64,000 nucleotides of DNA, from NCBI GenBank assembly GCA_038060895.1, contig JBBTCT010000022.1, positions 224,001 to 288,000 of the forward strand, written 5' to 3'. The DNA comes from Planctomycetota bacterium. GTDB lineage: Bacteria; Planctomycetota; MHYJ01; WSZJ01. Below the pieces are notes generated by a model, which was not told the origin of the DNA, ran no database searches, and saw nothing but the letters and a program-made list of their open reading frames with translations. Of this stretch, positions 9,543 to 18,642 are shown in pieces; the first letter of the stretch is position 1; each line of letters starts with the position of its first letter. A program made the translations under genes and the position numbers.

Positions 9543-10514
9543 ATGATCCGACTTGCCGCTCTCCTTCTGCCGTTCCTGGCCGGCGTTTCCGCGGCCCAGT
9601 CGCCGGCGACGCAGGTCACTTTCGAGCTGAACGACGCGTTCGTGAAAGGAAAGGCGCTGGAAGGGGTGGAGGTTTCGCTTCAGCGAAGCCCTGAAGGTCC
9701 TGTCGAGCACTCGGGGTTCACGGGCGCGGGCGGTCGCCTGGTGATCATCGTGGAGCCTGGGAAGTGGCTCGTGTCGTACCGGCTGCGCGGATACGTGCCG
9801 GTCGTGCGGAGCGAGACGGACTTTGTCCGCGGTGCGGCGATCGTGACGACGAGCCTGTCGATGAACCTTGAGAGCGAAGGGAGCGACGGCGGCCGCCGGG
9901 TCCGGATGATCCTGAACTGGGGATCCGGCGCTGACCAGGTCCGCGACCTGGATGCGCACGCGCTGTGTGTGTGCGTGCCGGCCAATCCGCACATCTACTA
10001 CCAGGCGAGGATGCACGAGGCCGGTGCGCACGAGGTGTCGCTGGATGTCGACGACCGGGACGGGGGCGGGCCGGAGACGATCACGCTACGGGATCCCACG
10101 CCGGGACAATATCGGTACTTCGTGCACAACTTCAGCGGCGCGCCGGCGCGGCTCGGCGCTTCGGACGCCGTCGTGCGCGTCCTCTCGGGGGACGAACTGA
10201 TCGGGGAATTCCGCGTGCCGCCCGACGTCGCGGAGCGGGTGTGGCGGCCGTTCAAGGCGATCGAAGTGACGCCCGAGGGAAAAGTCTGGATCGTGCCGTT
10301 CGCGGAGTCCGAACTGAAGCGCGCCGAGGACCGGCGGGCACCTGTCGGGACGTCGACGTTCCGGGAACCGGCGGATGAGGAAGGGGCGCCGGTGCGTGCC
10401 GCCGCGCCGGCGAAGAAGGACAACTCCTCTTCCTTCGGGGTCCCGATCGCCGTACTGGTTGTCGTCCTCATCATCCTGGCCGAATTGTTTTTGCGCCGCA
10501 GGCGCGCTTCCTGA
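9543..10514 (+). CDS. Secreted YfaP/DUF2135-like protein with C-terminal TM anchor and Arg cluster
   Basis: Signal peptide; ILNW..DLDAH; DVDDRDGGGPETITL..PGQYRYFVHNFS; hydrophobic tail plus RRRR. Confidence 0.75.
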   Translation: MIRLAALLLPFLAGVSAAQSPATQVTFELNDAFVKGKALEGVEVSLQRSPEGPVEHSGFTGAGGRLVIIVEPGKWLVSYRLRGYVPVVRSETDFVRGAAIVTTSLSMNLESEGSDGGRRVRMILNWGSGADQVRDLDAHALCVCVPANPHIYYQARMHEAGAHEVSLDVDDRDGGGPETITLRDPTPGQYRYFVHNFSGAPARLGASDAVVRVLSGDELIGEFRVPPDVAERVWRPFKAIEVTPEGKVWIVPFAESELKRAEDRRAPVGTSTFREPADEEGAPVRAAAPAKKDNSSSFGVPIAVLVVVLIILAELFLRRRRAS

Positions 10515-10619
10515 CCGGCGACGAGGTTTCCCGGGACCTTCCGGCGGCCTCCCGGCGCCGACGCGTCGCAGGTGAGCGTGCTGCTCACGCTCGGCGGCGT
10601 GGTCGACGAGGTCCTGAAG

Positions 10620-11032
10620 TAGCCGCGCGCCGACTTCAGGCGCGCACCACGCTTCGAGTACCTGCGAGCCGAGTTCCTTCTGGTCACGGCCGATTTTCTC
10701 CAGCGTCGTCGAGCGCAGCCGCCGGCGAGTGCGTGGCCGTTGATGGCGGCGACGAGGGGTTTGGGGAACGTGAAAGCGGCGCGGAGCGCGTCGTGAAGTG
10801 CCGGGATCAGATCGCGGATGTACGTGGGCCCGCCGTCGGCGAGTTGTTTGATGTCGAGCCCGGCGGAGAATATCGGGCCGTCTGCGGCGAGGACCACGGC
10901 GCGCGACCCGGATTTCGCCTCGCTCGCGAACGCCGCTTCCAGCTCGCGCAGCAGTCCGACGTCCATCGCGTTCGCCTTGCCCTGTCGGAGGCGCAGGATC
11001 GTGATCGCACTGCGGGATTCGGTGGCGAGCAT
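10620..11032 (-). pseudogene. Enoyl-CoA hydratase/isomerase, internally deleted and frameshifted
   Basis: KANAMD, FSAGLDI and PKPLVAAINGHALAGGC, then an abrupt switch to a C-terminal-like segment in another frame. End is approximate. Confidence 0.75.
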
Positions 11033-11096
11033 GGAGGTCCATGGAACCATGCCCGCGGCCGGGGCGCACGCCGTTCGGAATTCTGCGAAATTCCGC

Positions 11097-11147
11097 TTGA
11101 CATGAAATGAATTATAATGGATCATAATGACATGAAACGATATGAGA
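11097..11147 (+). promoter_or_regulatory. Promoter region with TTGACA and five 10-bp periodic direct repeats
   Basis: TTGACA at 11097; TGACATGAAA|TGAATTATAA|TGGATCATAA|TGACATGAAA|CGATATGAGA in an AT-rich patch. Confidence 0.65.
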
Positions 11148-12265
11148 CGGACTTCGACGCCGCCCTGGCGTTCCTCCAGGTCAGCCGCTCCACCCTGAAC
11201 CGCTGGGTCCACGACGGCAAACTCCCCGCCCGAAAGGTCGGCGGCCAGTGGCGCTTCTCCGAAGAAGACCTCACCAGACTCCGCGACGGATCCGGGGAGC
11301 CCGCCCCGCTCGTCCGCGCTCGAGAAGAGCTGAAGACTTTCCTCGAATCCTCACGGGCCAACCGAAAGGGACCGAAAAACATGAACGCCATCGACACGAA
11401 ATCGCAGCCGCTCGCCGAAGCCCTGGTCTGGGAAGCGCACGACCGCAAGGCCTCCGAGCTGCACCTCCAGCCGAGGAAGGACGGCGTCCACATCTCCGTG
11501 GGCAAAGAAGCGCGGCTCGAGACGATCCGCGTCATTCCGGCGGACCTCGCGCGCGAACTCGAGCAGGCATGGGAAGAAATCGGGCTGCCGTTCGGCGACT
11601 CGGGCATCCGCCGGATCTTCCTCAGTCGCGCCGGGGACCAGGCCGTGAACGAAGTCTCCGTGCTACTCCAGGCCATCGACACCCTCCAGGGGCGCCGCGT
11701 CACGCTACGCTTCATGGGCGGCGGCCGCATCGCCGACCTCGATACCGTCGCGCCGAAAGCCGACGACCGCGCCGTCTTCGAGCGCTGGCTCAAGCGCCCC
11801 AACGGGATCATTCTCTTCTCGGGCCCGACCGGCTCCGGCAAGACGACGACGCTCCTCTCCTGCCTTCAGCATCTCGCGAAGGACGCCGGGCTGGCCGTCT
11901 TCAGCCTCGAGTACCCCGCTTATGTCCGCGTCGATGGCGTCGACCAGGTTGAGGTTCCGAGCGAAGACGGCCCGGTCGTCAAGGCCGCGCTCGAGCGCAT
12001 CATGAGGATGTATCCCAACGCGATCGGAATCTGCGTCGAGACCGAAGAAGCCGCCGCGGCCGCGCTGAACATGGCGATCACGGGGCATCTCGTGCTGATG
12101 CAGGTGCATGCAGAAGAGCACGAGGCGGCGGTGAAGCGCCTCGAGCAGCTCGCAGGCAGGCCGGTCGCGCCGTCCGTGATCGGGGTGATCTCGCAGCGGC
12201 TCAAGCGCGGCGACGCGGGCGGGAAGGTGGCTGAGTACCGCTTCTGGGAGCCTGGCGGGAGATAG
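11132..12265 (+). CDS. Excisionase-like (HTH_17) DNA-binding domain fused to a GspE/PilB-type ATPase domain
   Basis: AALAFLQVSRSTLNRWVHDGKLPARKVGGQWRF; ASELHLQP; GIILFSGPTGSGKTTTL; TGHLVL..VH. Alternative start 11117. Confidence 0.85.
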   Translation: MKRYETDFDAALAFLQVSRSTLNRWVHDGKLPARKVGGQWRFSEEDLTRLRDGSGEPAPLVRAREELKTFLESSRANRKGPKNMNAIDTKSQPLAEALVWEAHDRKASELHLQPRKDGVHISVGKEARLETIRVIPADLARELEQAWEEIGLPFGDSGIRRIFLSRAGDQAVNEVSVLLQAIDTLQGRRVTLRFMGGGRIADLDTVAPKADDRAVFERWLKRPNGIILFSGPTGSGKTTTLLSCLQHLAKDAGLAVFSLEYPAYVRVDGVDQVEVPSEDGPVVKAALERIMRMYPNAIGICVETEEAAAAALNMAITGHLVLMQVHAEEHEAAVKRLEQLAGRPVAPSVIGVISQRLKRGDAGGKVAEYRFWEPGGR

Positions 12266-12305
12266 GCTCCCGCGCGACGGCGGCCCGTTGCGTAAGATGC
12301 CGGGG

Positions 12306-13613
12306 ATGCCTCTGCTTCGCCGCCCGGGCTGGATCTGCGCCGCCGTCGCGCTCGCTTGCCTTGCCGGATGCGGGCAGAAAAAGCCGGCCGCATCCCGAAC
12401 TTCTTCGCCGGCGCCTCAGGAAATCACCGAACTCGACGCGGGGGAGCTCTTCACGAAGCTTCTTCCCGAAGGACTCCAGGCGCGCGTCACCCGCCGCGAG
12501 TACGCAGGCTACCGCGAGGGAGGCGTCTTCGTCATCGACGGCGACTACCAGTTCTTCCTCACCGTCATCAACAGCACGGCCGCGCCGGCGCGTGCGACGT
12601 GCCCGAAGTACCTGCTCGGCAAGGGCGAGGGGTGGAGGAACCCCAATCCGGGCGAAGGGCGGGAGCCGGAGTTCCTCTATTTCATGGTCGTCCGCGACCG
12701 GGAACTGCGGATCCCCGCGGGACAGGAGACGCGCGTTGAGCTCCGTGAAGCGCATTACCTGGGCAACGTAAACCGACCGCCCTATTTCGGGCCGGGGACG
12801 GAGCCGGAGCTGCGGATCTCGGTGCCGGCTGCGGATTCGCAGTATGTCAGAGCCGCTGAAGCGCTCGAAGCCCTGAAACCGTCGCTGGCGCCCTGGTTCC
12901 CGGGCCTCGCTTTCAGCCTCATTTCCGACGCGTCCCCCGACGAGATCCAGCGCAAGCGAATCCTGGCGTGGGAGTGGGTCGGGCTGAAGAGGCTTCGCGA
13001 GGCGCTGGAAGGGGCCGGTGTCCGGCCGCGGCAGGCATCGTCCTTCGAGGAGGCCGCGAAAAAGCGCGAGGGCATTCTCGGGAAGCTGCGCGCGGCCGTT
13101 GACGCCGCCGAGGCGATCCGCGCGGTGGACGAGCGATCGTGCGCCGGCGACGTCGAGGTCGCCGTCGCGGTCGCAGCTTTCCTCAAGCCGGAAGCCGACC
13201 GGACGGAGAAGTCACCGCTTCCCCTGGTCCTGGGCCGCCTCAAGGTCCGCGACCCCCGCATTCTCGACCGGCTCTTCGAATTCGCCCTGCGCGACGGCCA
13301 CGAATTCAGCCGCGTGCAGGCGGCCATGGAGGGAGCGAAGCTCGGCGACCCCCGGTGCATTCCGCTGCTCGTGCAGTACAGCCGGAACCCGGCCATGGCC
13401 GATGGCGACGTGGCGAAACTGGCCCAGGAATGCACCGGCACGCTGGTCGAGTTGTGGGAAGCGCAGGGAAAGTTCGCGCGGGGAGGGAAATGGAAAGAAG
13501 CCATCGACCGCTTCGGCGGCCTGGATGCCCCCGATCTGGCGGCCGTCCCGCAGGGGCAGCTCGCCGAGCTCAGGACCTTCCTCGAGTCCGGAAAAAACCT
13601 CCGCAGGAAATAG
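12306..13613 (+). CDS. Putative lipoprotein with HEAT-like C-terminal region
   Basis: LACLAGC lipobox; LGDPRCIPLL HEAT-like repeat. Start uncertain (12288-12306). Confidence 0.65.
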   Translation: MPLLRRPGWICAAVALACLAGCGQKKPAASRTSSPAPQEITELDAGELFTKLLPEGLQARVTRREYAGYREGGVFVIDGDYQFFLTVINSTAAPARATCPKYLLGKGEGWRNPNPGEGREPEFLYFMVVRDRELRIPAGQETRVELREAHYLGNVNRPPYFGPGTEPELRISVPAADSQYVRAAEALEALKPSLAPWFPGLAFSLISDASPDEIQRKRILAWEWVGLKRLREALEGAGVRPRQASSFEEAAKKREGILGKLRAAVDAAEAIRAVDERSCAGDVEVAVAVAAFLKPEADRTEKSPLPLVLGRLKVRDPRILDRLFEFALRDGHEFSRVQAAMEGAKLGDPRCIPLLVQYSRNPAMADGDVAKLAQECTGTLVELWEAQGKFARGGKWKEAIDRFGGLDAPDLAAVPQGQLAELRTFLESGKNLRRK

Positions 13614-13685
13614 CCGCCCCGTCCGTGGCTACAATGCCCGTGTCCTTTCGCCGTTCCGTGGAATCGCGGTCGCAGGGGGTGCGGC

Positions 13686-15908
13686 GTGGGCAGGGAGCTC
13701 GAGATTCTCGCTGGACTCATGGCAGTCCAGCTGCGCCTCGTGCCGGGCCCCCGATTCATCCACGCCGGCGCGCAGACCGAATCGGACCCGACGAAACTCC
13801 TCACCCGGCGACTGGTCGAGGAACGGGACATCGGCGAAGCCGAAATGGCGTCGATTCTCATGCTGGCGTCGGGGCAGGTCCGGCAGCACGGCGGGGACGA
13901 GACCGCCGCCCTGGCCTCGGCGCCGATCGACCCGAAGCTCCTCGACGCGCTTCTGGAGTGCGGGCCGTCTCCGAAAATGAAAGGGTTGCTGCGGCTGCTG
14001 CGTCCCGCGGAAAAAGTCGGCACTTCGGTGCTGCCGGGGCACGCACCGAAGCTGTCGCTCATCGACACTTCGGAGCTGGACGACGTTCTCGGCGGCGGCG
14101 AAGTCGACCTGGAACAGGAGCTCCGCGGCGCGCGGCCGATGGGCGGCGGCCTGGCCATCCCCGCTTCCATTCCGGCGCCGACCGCGGAATCGGCCGAGGC
14201 GGACGACGTCCGCAGGGTTGAGCGCGCGCTGAAAACGTACGCGGATTCGCTGGCGGCGGCGCAGGGGCAGAAAGGGTTCCATGCCAGGGGGATGACGCGC
14301 GGCGTCTCGGAGTCGAACGTGACGGCGCTCGGGTCCGACCAGTCCGCGACCCGGGAAGCCAGGCAGAAAGCGGCGACCTTGTTCGAGGGATTGCGCAAGA
14401 CGATCGAGGAAGCGGTCGCGCGCCGGCCCGCGAACCGCGCCATCCGGCACGCCGCGGCGGAGTTCTACACGCGCGCGGCGAGCCAGCGCGAAATCGAGGG
14501 AGAGGCGGCGGCTTCTTCCGAACTCAAGGCCCGCGCCCGGCTGCTCGACACCTCCGTTCACTCCGCGGTCCGGCGCTCCGGGACGCTGGGCGTGCGGACC
14601 CGGGCGTTTTCCTGCGCGTGCGTGCGCGAGGGACGCGAGTTCGCGCCCGGCGCGCTGGCACTTCGCGGCCTGAGCCTGTTCACCGGCCTCCCCGCAGTCA
14701 AATCGCCCTCGAAAGTTCCGGGAGATTCCGGCGAATCGGATCGCCCCGTCCGGCTGAAGGCCCACGGGCCCGAGTGCGTTCCGGCGCCCCTTCCCGGAGC
14801 CGACGTCTGGCTCTTCCGGTACGACCTCGGCACGGATCACTCCACGCTCACGACGCCGAAGGACGTGGCCGGGCGCGGGACCGATCCGCTGCCGGTTCAT
14901 CTGCGCGAAGCGCTTTTTGCGAAGAACTCCCCGCACGCGCCGGAAGGGCCCGGCGTCCACCTCGGGAAGACGCCGGTGGAGGGCCTCGTCCTCCCCTCCG
15001 GTTCGTGGATGCTGCTGGTCTGGCAAGCCGGCCGCAATCCGGCGCGGGTGCCCGTGCGCACGGGCGTCAGCGGCGACACTTCCATCGACGTGACGCTGTC
15101 GCTCCCCACGGAAGTTCCGCCGAAGTTCGCTTCGATCGCCGAAGGAACGTTCCTGTACCAGGGGGACGTGAAGAACCCGCACTCGGAGCCCGGCCAGTCC
15201 GGATCGACGCACGAGTTCCTGCTGGCGAAGTACCCGGTCACCGCGAGGGAGTACGCCGAATTTCTGAACGCCCGCTGCCAGGCGGAACTCGACCTCGTCG
15301 TGCGCCGGAGCGCGCCGCGGGACGTGGAAAAGGCGACCACTCTCTGGCCCGGGCCTCCGTTTGCCGTGCCGACGGCGCAGGCCCTCGAGGCCGCGCCCGC
15401 GGAGTTCCGCGCCGCCGCGAAGAAACTCCCCGGCTGCACCGCCGACTGGAATGAACGGTGGCCGATCGTCTCGATTTCGTGGCGCGACGCGATGATGTTC
15501 TGCGAATGGAAGCGCGCCACCACGGGATGGCTCATGACGCTTCCCCACGAAATCGACTGGGAGAAAGCCGCCAGGGGAGTGGACGGGCGGACGTTTCCGT
15601 GGGGGCACGGCCTGAAGCAGGGCAACTGCAATACCGTCAGCGCGCGTCCCGACTCGGCCAGCCCCTCGGCCGTGGAGGAGTTCCCGGCCGACGAGTCGCC
15701 CTACGGCGTCTTCGGGCTCGGCGGGAACGCGCGCGACATGTGCCTCAACCAGCCCGGGCCGGAATTCGCCGGGCAGCGCGTCATGCGCGGCGGCTACTGG
15801 GCGAGCGACGGCCTCCGCTGCCACTCCAGCTACCGCACCTGCGCCAGGCAGGACCACGTTTCCGCGAACGGAGGCTTCCGGCTGATGTGCATCACACGGC
15901 TCTCCTGA
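13686..15908 (+). CDS. FGE-sulfatase (SUMF1) domain protein
   Basis: KYPVTAREY, ISWRDA, LPHEIDWEKAARGVDGRTFPWG, SPYGVFGLGGN, RGG..GFRL. Confidence 0.85.
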   Translation: MGRELEILAGLMAVQLRLVPGPRFIHAGAQTESDPTKLLTRRLVEERDIGEAEMASILMLASGQVRQHGGDETAALASAPIDPKLLDALLECGPSPKMKGLLRLLRPAEKVGTSVLPGHAPKLSLIDTSELDDVLGGGEVDLEQELRGARPMGGGLAIPASIPAPTAESAEADDVRRVERALKTYADSLAAAQGQKGFHARGMTRGVSESNVTALGSDQSATREARQKAATLFEGLRKTIEEAVARRPANRAIRHAAAEFYTRAASQREIEGEAAASSELKARARLLDTSVHSAVRRSGTLGVRTRAFSCACVREGREFAPGALALRGLSLFTGLPAVKSPSKVPGDSGESDRPVRLKAHGPECVPAPLPGADVWLFRYDLGTDHSTLTTPKDVAGRGTDPLPVHLREALFAKNSPHAPEGPGVHLGKTPVEGLVLPSGSWMLLVWQAGRNPARVPVRTGVSGDTSIDVTLSLPTEVPPKFASIAEGTFLYQGDVKNPHSEPGQSGSTHEFLLAKYPVTAREYAEFLNARCQAELDLVVRRSAPRDVEKATTLWPGPPFAVPTAQALEAAPAEFRAAAKKLPGCTADWNERWPIVSISWRDAMMFCEWKRATTGWLMTLPHEIDWEKAARGVDGRTFPWGHGLKQGNCNTVSARPDSASPSAVEEFPADESPYGVFGLGGNARDMCLNQPGPEFAGQRVMRGGYWASDGLRCHSSYRTCARQDHVSANGGFRLMCITRLS

Positions 15909-15960
15909 TGGCCCGTCCGGCGGCGCCTCCCTTGTCCGGCGCCTGGAGCAGGAGGTACGC

Positions 15961-17856
15961 TTGCAGACATCCATCAGCGGGGAAGCCGGCGATCCGCGCC
16001 GGGCGCTGGATTCAGGGGAAGCGGCGGTGACAGAGCAAGAGAATCCGGGCCGGTGCCGGAACTTCGTGAACGCCTGCCGTGAACGGCGGTCGGTGAAGGT
16101 CCTCGCCGCGGGGGTGTTCCTCCTCGCGGCCGCGTGGGTCGTGCAGATCGCCTCACAGCCCGAGGGCCCGCGCTTCCGCGAAGGCCTCGCTCTCTACGCG
16201 ACTCGCTTCTGGCCGCTTCTGGGAAGCGCCGCCGTGCTCTTCGCCGTGTGGGTCGCGCTGTGGGCCGCGACGCACCGCGCGAAGCTCTCGGCGGTCCTGC
16301 TCCTCGTGCTGTGGCTGCCGCCTGCGATCGCCAACGCGGCGAAGCTGGCGAGCCTCGACCTCCCGCTGATGCCGCTGGACGCGTACCGCACGGGGGACAT
16401 GCTGTCGATTTTTCACGCGGACCTCGTGCGGCCGGGGGGGTGGCTGAAGCTGTCGCTCCTGGTCGCGCTCACGGCGCCGCTCGTCATGGCATTCGCGGTG
16501 ATGCCGTCGCCGAAGACGCGGCCGCGCGTCCGCATCGCCGCCGGCGTGGCGGCCCTCGCGTTCCTGGGCTCGCTCTTTCTCCCGGCGACGAACGTCTTCG
16601 CGCAGCTCTCGGGACCGTTCACGCGCTACAGCTGGGACAGCCGCGGCACCCACGACCAGAACGGATTCGTCGTGTTTTTCGCCATGAACTGCCGGTACGT
16701 GAGGGTCGAAGAGCCGCGCGGCTACTCGGAGGAAGCGGTCGCGCGCATCATCCGCGAGCTGCCGCCGTCCACTGCGAAGACGAGCGGCCTCCGCCCGAAC
16801 GTCATCGTCGTCCTGAGCGAGTCGTTCAGCGACGTGACGCGCATCCCGGGCGTCGAATTCGAAACCGACCCGCTCCCGACCCTCCACGAACTCCAGCGCG
16901 ACTTCGGCCGCCTCGACCTCGTCAGCCCCGTCTACGCCGGCATCACGTGCAACGCCGAGCTCGAGATCCTCACCGGATTCAACATGCGCTTCTTCCCCGA
17001 ACCCTCCGCCGCCTGGGTCGATTCGATCCGCCGCCCGGTGCCGTCTCTCGCTTCCATCCTCCGCGGCCACGGATATCGCGCGATCTCGCTTCACGCCGCC
17101 GGCGGGTTCCACAACGACGCGCAGGTGCAGCCGCTTCTCGGTTTCGAAAAGTGCATTCCCGGAAGCGACTGGGTCAACCGCGACGCGATCGGCTGGCTCG
17201 TGACGGACGAAGCGGTGACGAAGGAGGTCATCCGCGTTTCGCGCGAGCTGCCGCGGCCGTGGTTCGTGTGCGTGAACACCATCGAGGGGCACGCGCCCTA
17301 CGACGGCAAGTACCCGGACCCGAAGTGCGGGATTCGCTTTACGAGGCCGCTCTCGGAGAAGTCGCGTGAGATTCTCGAAGGGTACGCGTACGGACTGAAC
17401 CGAGCCGACCGCGCGCTGCGCGCGCTCATCGACGGGTACCGCGACTCGCCCGAGCCCACGCTCATCCTGTTCTACGGCGACCACCTTCCCGACCTCGGCG
17501 AGAACTTCCTCGCCTGGAGCGAAACCGGTTTCCTCCCGCCCGGACAGGGAAGCTCCTCCCTCGCCATGCGCACCGTCCCCGCCGCGATCTGGAACAACTA
17601 CGGGAAGCGGCTTCCCGTGCTCAACGGTCCCGTCGGCATGTCGCGAGTCCTGCCGCTTCTCCTCGACGCGCTCGAGTTGCCGAAGCCGGCGCACGTGCGC
17701 GTCGTCGAGCAGGTGGGCGCCCGCTGGCCGGTCGTGAGCACCGCGGGATGCTTTGACGCCAGCGGGACCGGCGCGGACGCGGATCTCGCCGATTACTCCC
17801 TCATGCAGTACGACCTGCTGTTCGGCAAGCAGCACTTCCTGCAGGGCGGGCGCTGA
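15961..17856 (+). CDS. LTA synthase family (sulfatase-fold) membrane protein
   Basis: N-terminal TMs; PNVIVVLSESF, T.NAELEILTG, TIEGHAPY, FYGDHLP. Start could be about 16027. Confidence 0.88.
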   Translation: MQTSISGEAGDPRRALDSGEAAVTEQENPGRCRNFVNACRERRSVKVLAAGVFLLAAAWVVQIASQPEGPRFREGLALYATRFWPLLGSAAVLFAVWVALWAATHRAKLSAVLLLVLWLPPAIANAAKLASLDLPLMPLDAYRTGDMLSIFHADLVRPGGWLKLSLLVALTAPLVMAFAVMPSPKTRPRVRIAAGVAALAFLGSLFLPATNVFAQLSGPFTRYSWDSRGTHDQNGFVVFFAMNCRYVRVEEPRGYSEEAVARIIRELPPSTAKTSGLRPNVIVVLSESFSDVTRIPGVEFETDPLPTLHELQRDFGRLDLVSPVYAGITCNAELEILTGFNMRFFPEPSAAWVDSIRRPVPSLASILRGHGYRAISLHAAGGFHNDAQVQPLLGFEKCIPGSDWVNRDAIGWLVTDEAVTKEVIRVSRELPRPWFVCVNTIEGHAPYDGKYPDPKCGIRFTRPLSEKSREILEGYAYGLNRADRALRALIDGYRDSPEPTLILFYGDHLPDLGENFLAWSETGFLPPGQGSSSLAMRTVPAAIWNNYGKRLPVLNGPVGMSRVLPLLLDALELPKPAHVRVVEQVGARWPVVSTAGCFDASGTGADADLADYSLMQYDLLFGKQHFLQGGR

Positions 17857-17859
17857 TGC

Positions 17860-18261
17860 CTAGGGCGGGCAAAGCAGCGGGATCGCTTCGCGTTTGTTCC
17901 TGCGATAGACATGAAAGTCGGTTCGGTCAGTCGTGATCACGATGTGGCGCGGGTACATCTCGCTCATGCGGATGAGGCAGAGATCGGCAAAATCGGGTTT
18001 CAAGTCGGCGTAACGCTTCGCCAGGGCTGCCAGCTGCGGAATATGCGCGCGGGATTCGAATGACGGAAGCACCAGGCCTTCCTCGATCATCGCCAGGACG
18101 ATGGCAGAGTCCTGTACGTGGAAGGCCGCTTCCGCAAGGACCGCATCGCAGGTGAGCAGCGGTTCCGTCATGCCTTCCGCCACGCTGACGGCCCAGTCGT
18201 GGTGCATGTCGTTCCGGCGGATGAAGGCGACGATGAAGCCGGTGTCGGCGATCCCCTTCAA
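17860..18261 (-). CDS. PIN-domain (VapC-like) toxin
   Basis: IADTGFIVA, VLAEA, DFADLCL, TTD..DF. Confidence 0.9.
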   Translation of the reverse strand: MKGIADTGFIVAFIRRNDMHHDWAVSVAEGMTEPLLTCDAVLAEAAFHVQDSAIVLAMIEEGLVLPSFESRAHIPQLAALAKRYADLKPDFADLCLIRMSEMYPRHIVITTDRTDFHVYRRNKREAIPLLCPP

Positions 18262-18473
18262 TGCTTGCTGAAGCCCTTGCGCATCGAAAGGTCGCGAGGC
18301 CCTCCGCGGATGATGCCTGCGAGCCTCATGAATTTGCGTTGCTCGCCGGCCGCGCGAGCCTTCTCCAGCTGCTCGCGGACGAGACGGCCCTGTGAAATCC
18401 CGCTCCGGGCGGCGGCTTTTTCAAGCCAGTCGGCGAGGTCGGGGGTGAGGCGGATGGAGAGTGTACGACTCAT
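18258..18473 (-). CDS. Ribbon-helix-helix (CopG-like) antitoxin
   Basis: RTLSIRL..L..AAARSGISQGRLVRE; GPRDLS; ATGA overlap with the PIN gene. Confidence 0.85.
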   Translation of the reverse strand: MSRTLSIRLTPDLADWLEKAAARSGISQGRLVREQLEKARAAGEQRKFMRLAGIIRGGPRDLSMRKGFSKH

Positions 18474-18490
18474 ATGGCAGAAGTGTACTC

Positions 18491-18615
18491 AGAGCGCGCG
18501 AAGAAGTCGAGTGCCGTCGGCGGTCGGACCTCGCTGCGCGACGCCGCCGAACGGCCGGCGTCGTCGCTTCGCTCGCCCCGACCGCTCGCCGTCACTCGAT
18601 TTCTTCGCGCGCTCT
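18491..18615. repeat. About 125-bp palindromic intergenic element (REP/REPIN/MITE-like)
   Basis: AGAGCGCGCGAAGAAGTCGAGTG..GCGGTCGG pairs with CCGACCGC..CACTCGATTTCTTCGCGCGCTCT; inner hairpin CGACGCCG..CGGCGTCG. Confidence 0.7.
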
Positions 18616-18642
18616 CACCTGGCCCGCACCGGTCAATGCGCC

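Noticed and set aside
9998-11212. 404-aa full-length ORF
   Set aside because: Only the crotonase segment is real; the rest is read-through antisense to the YfaP-like gene.
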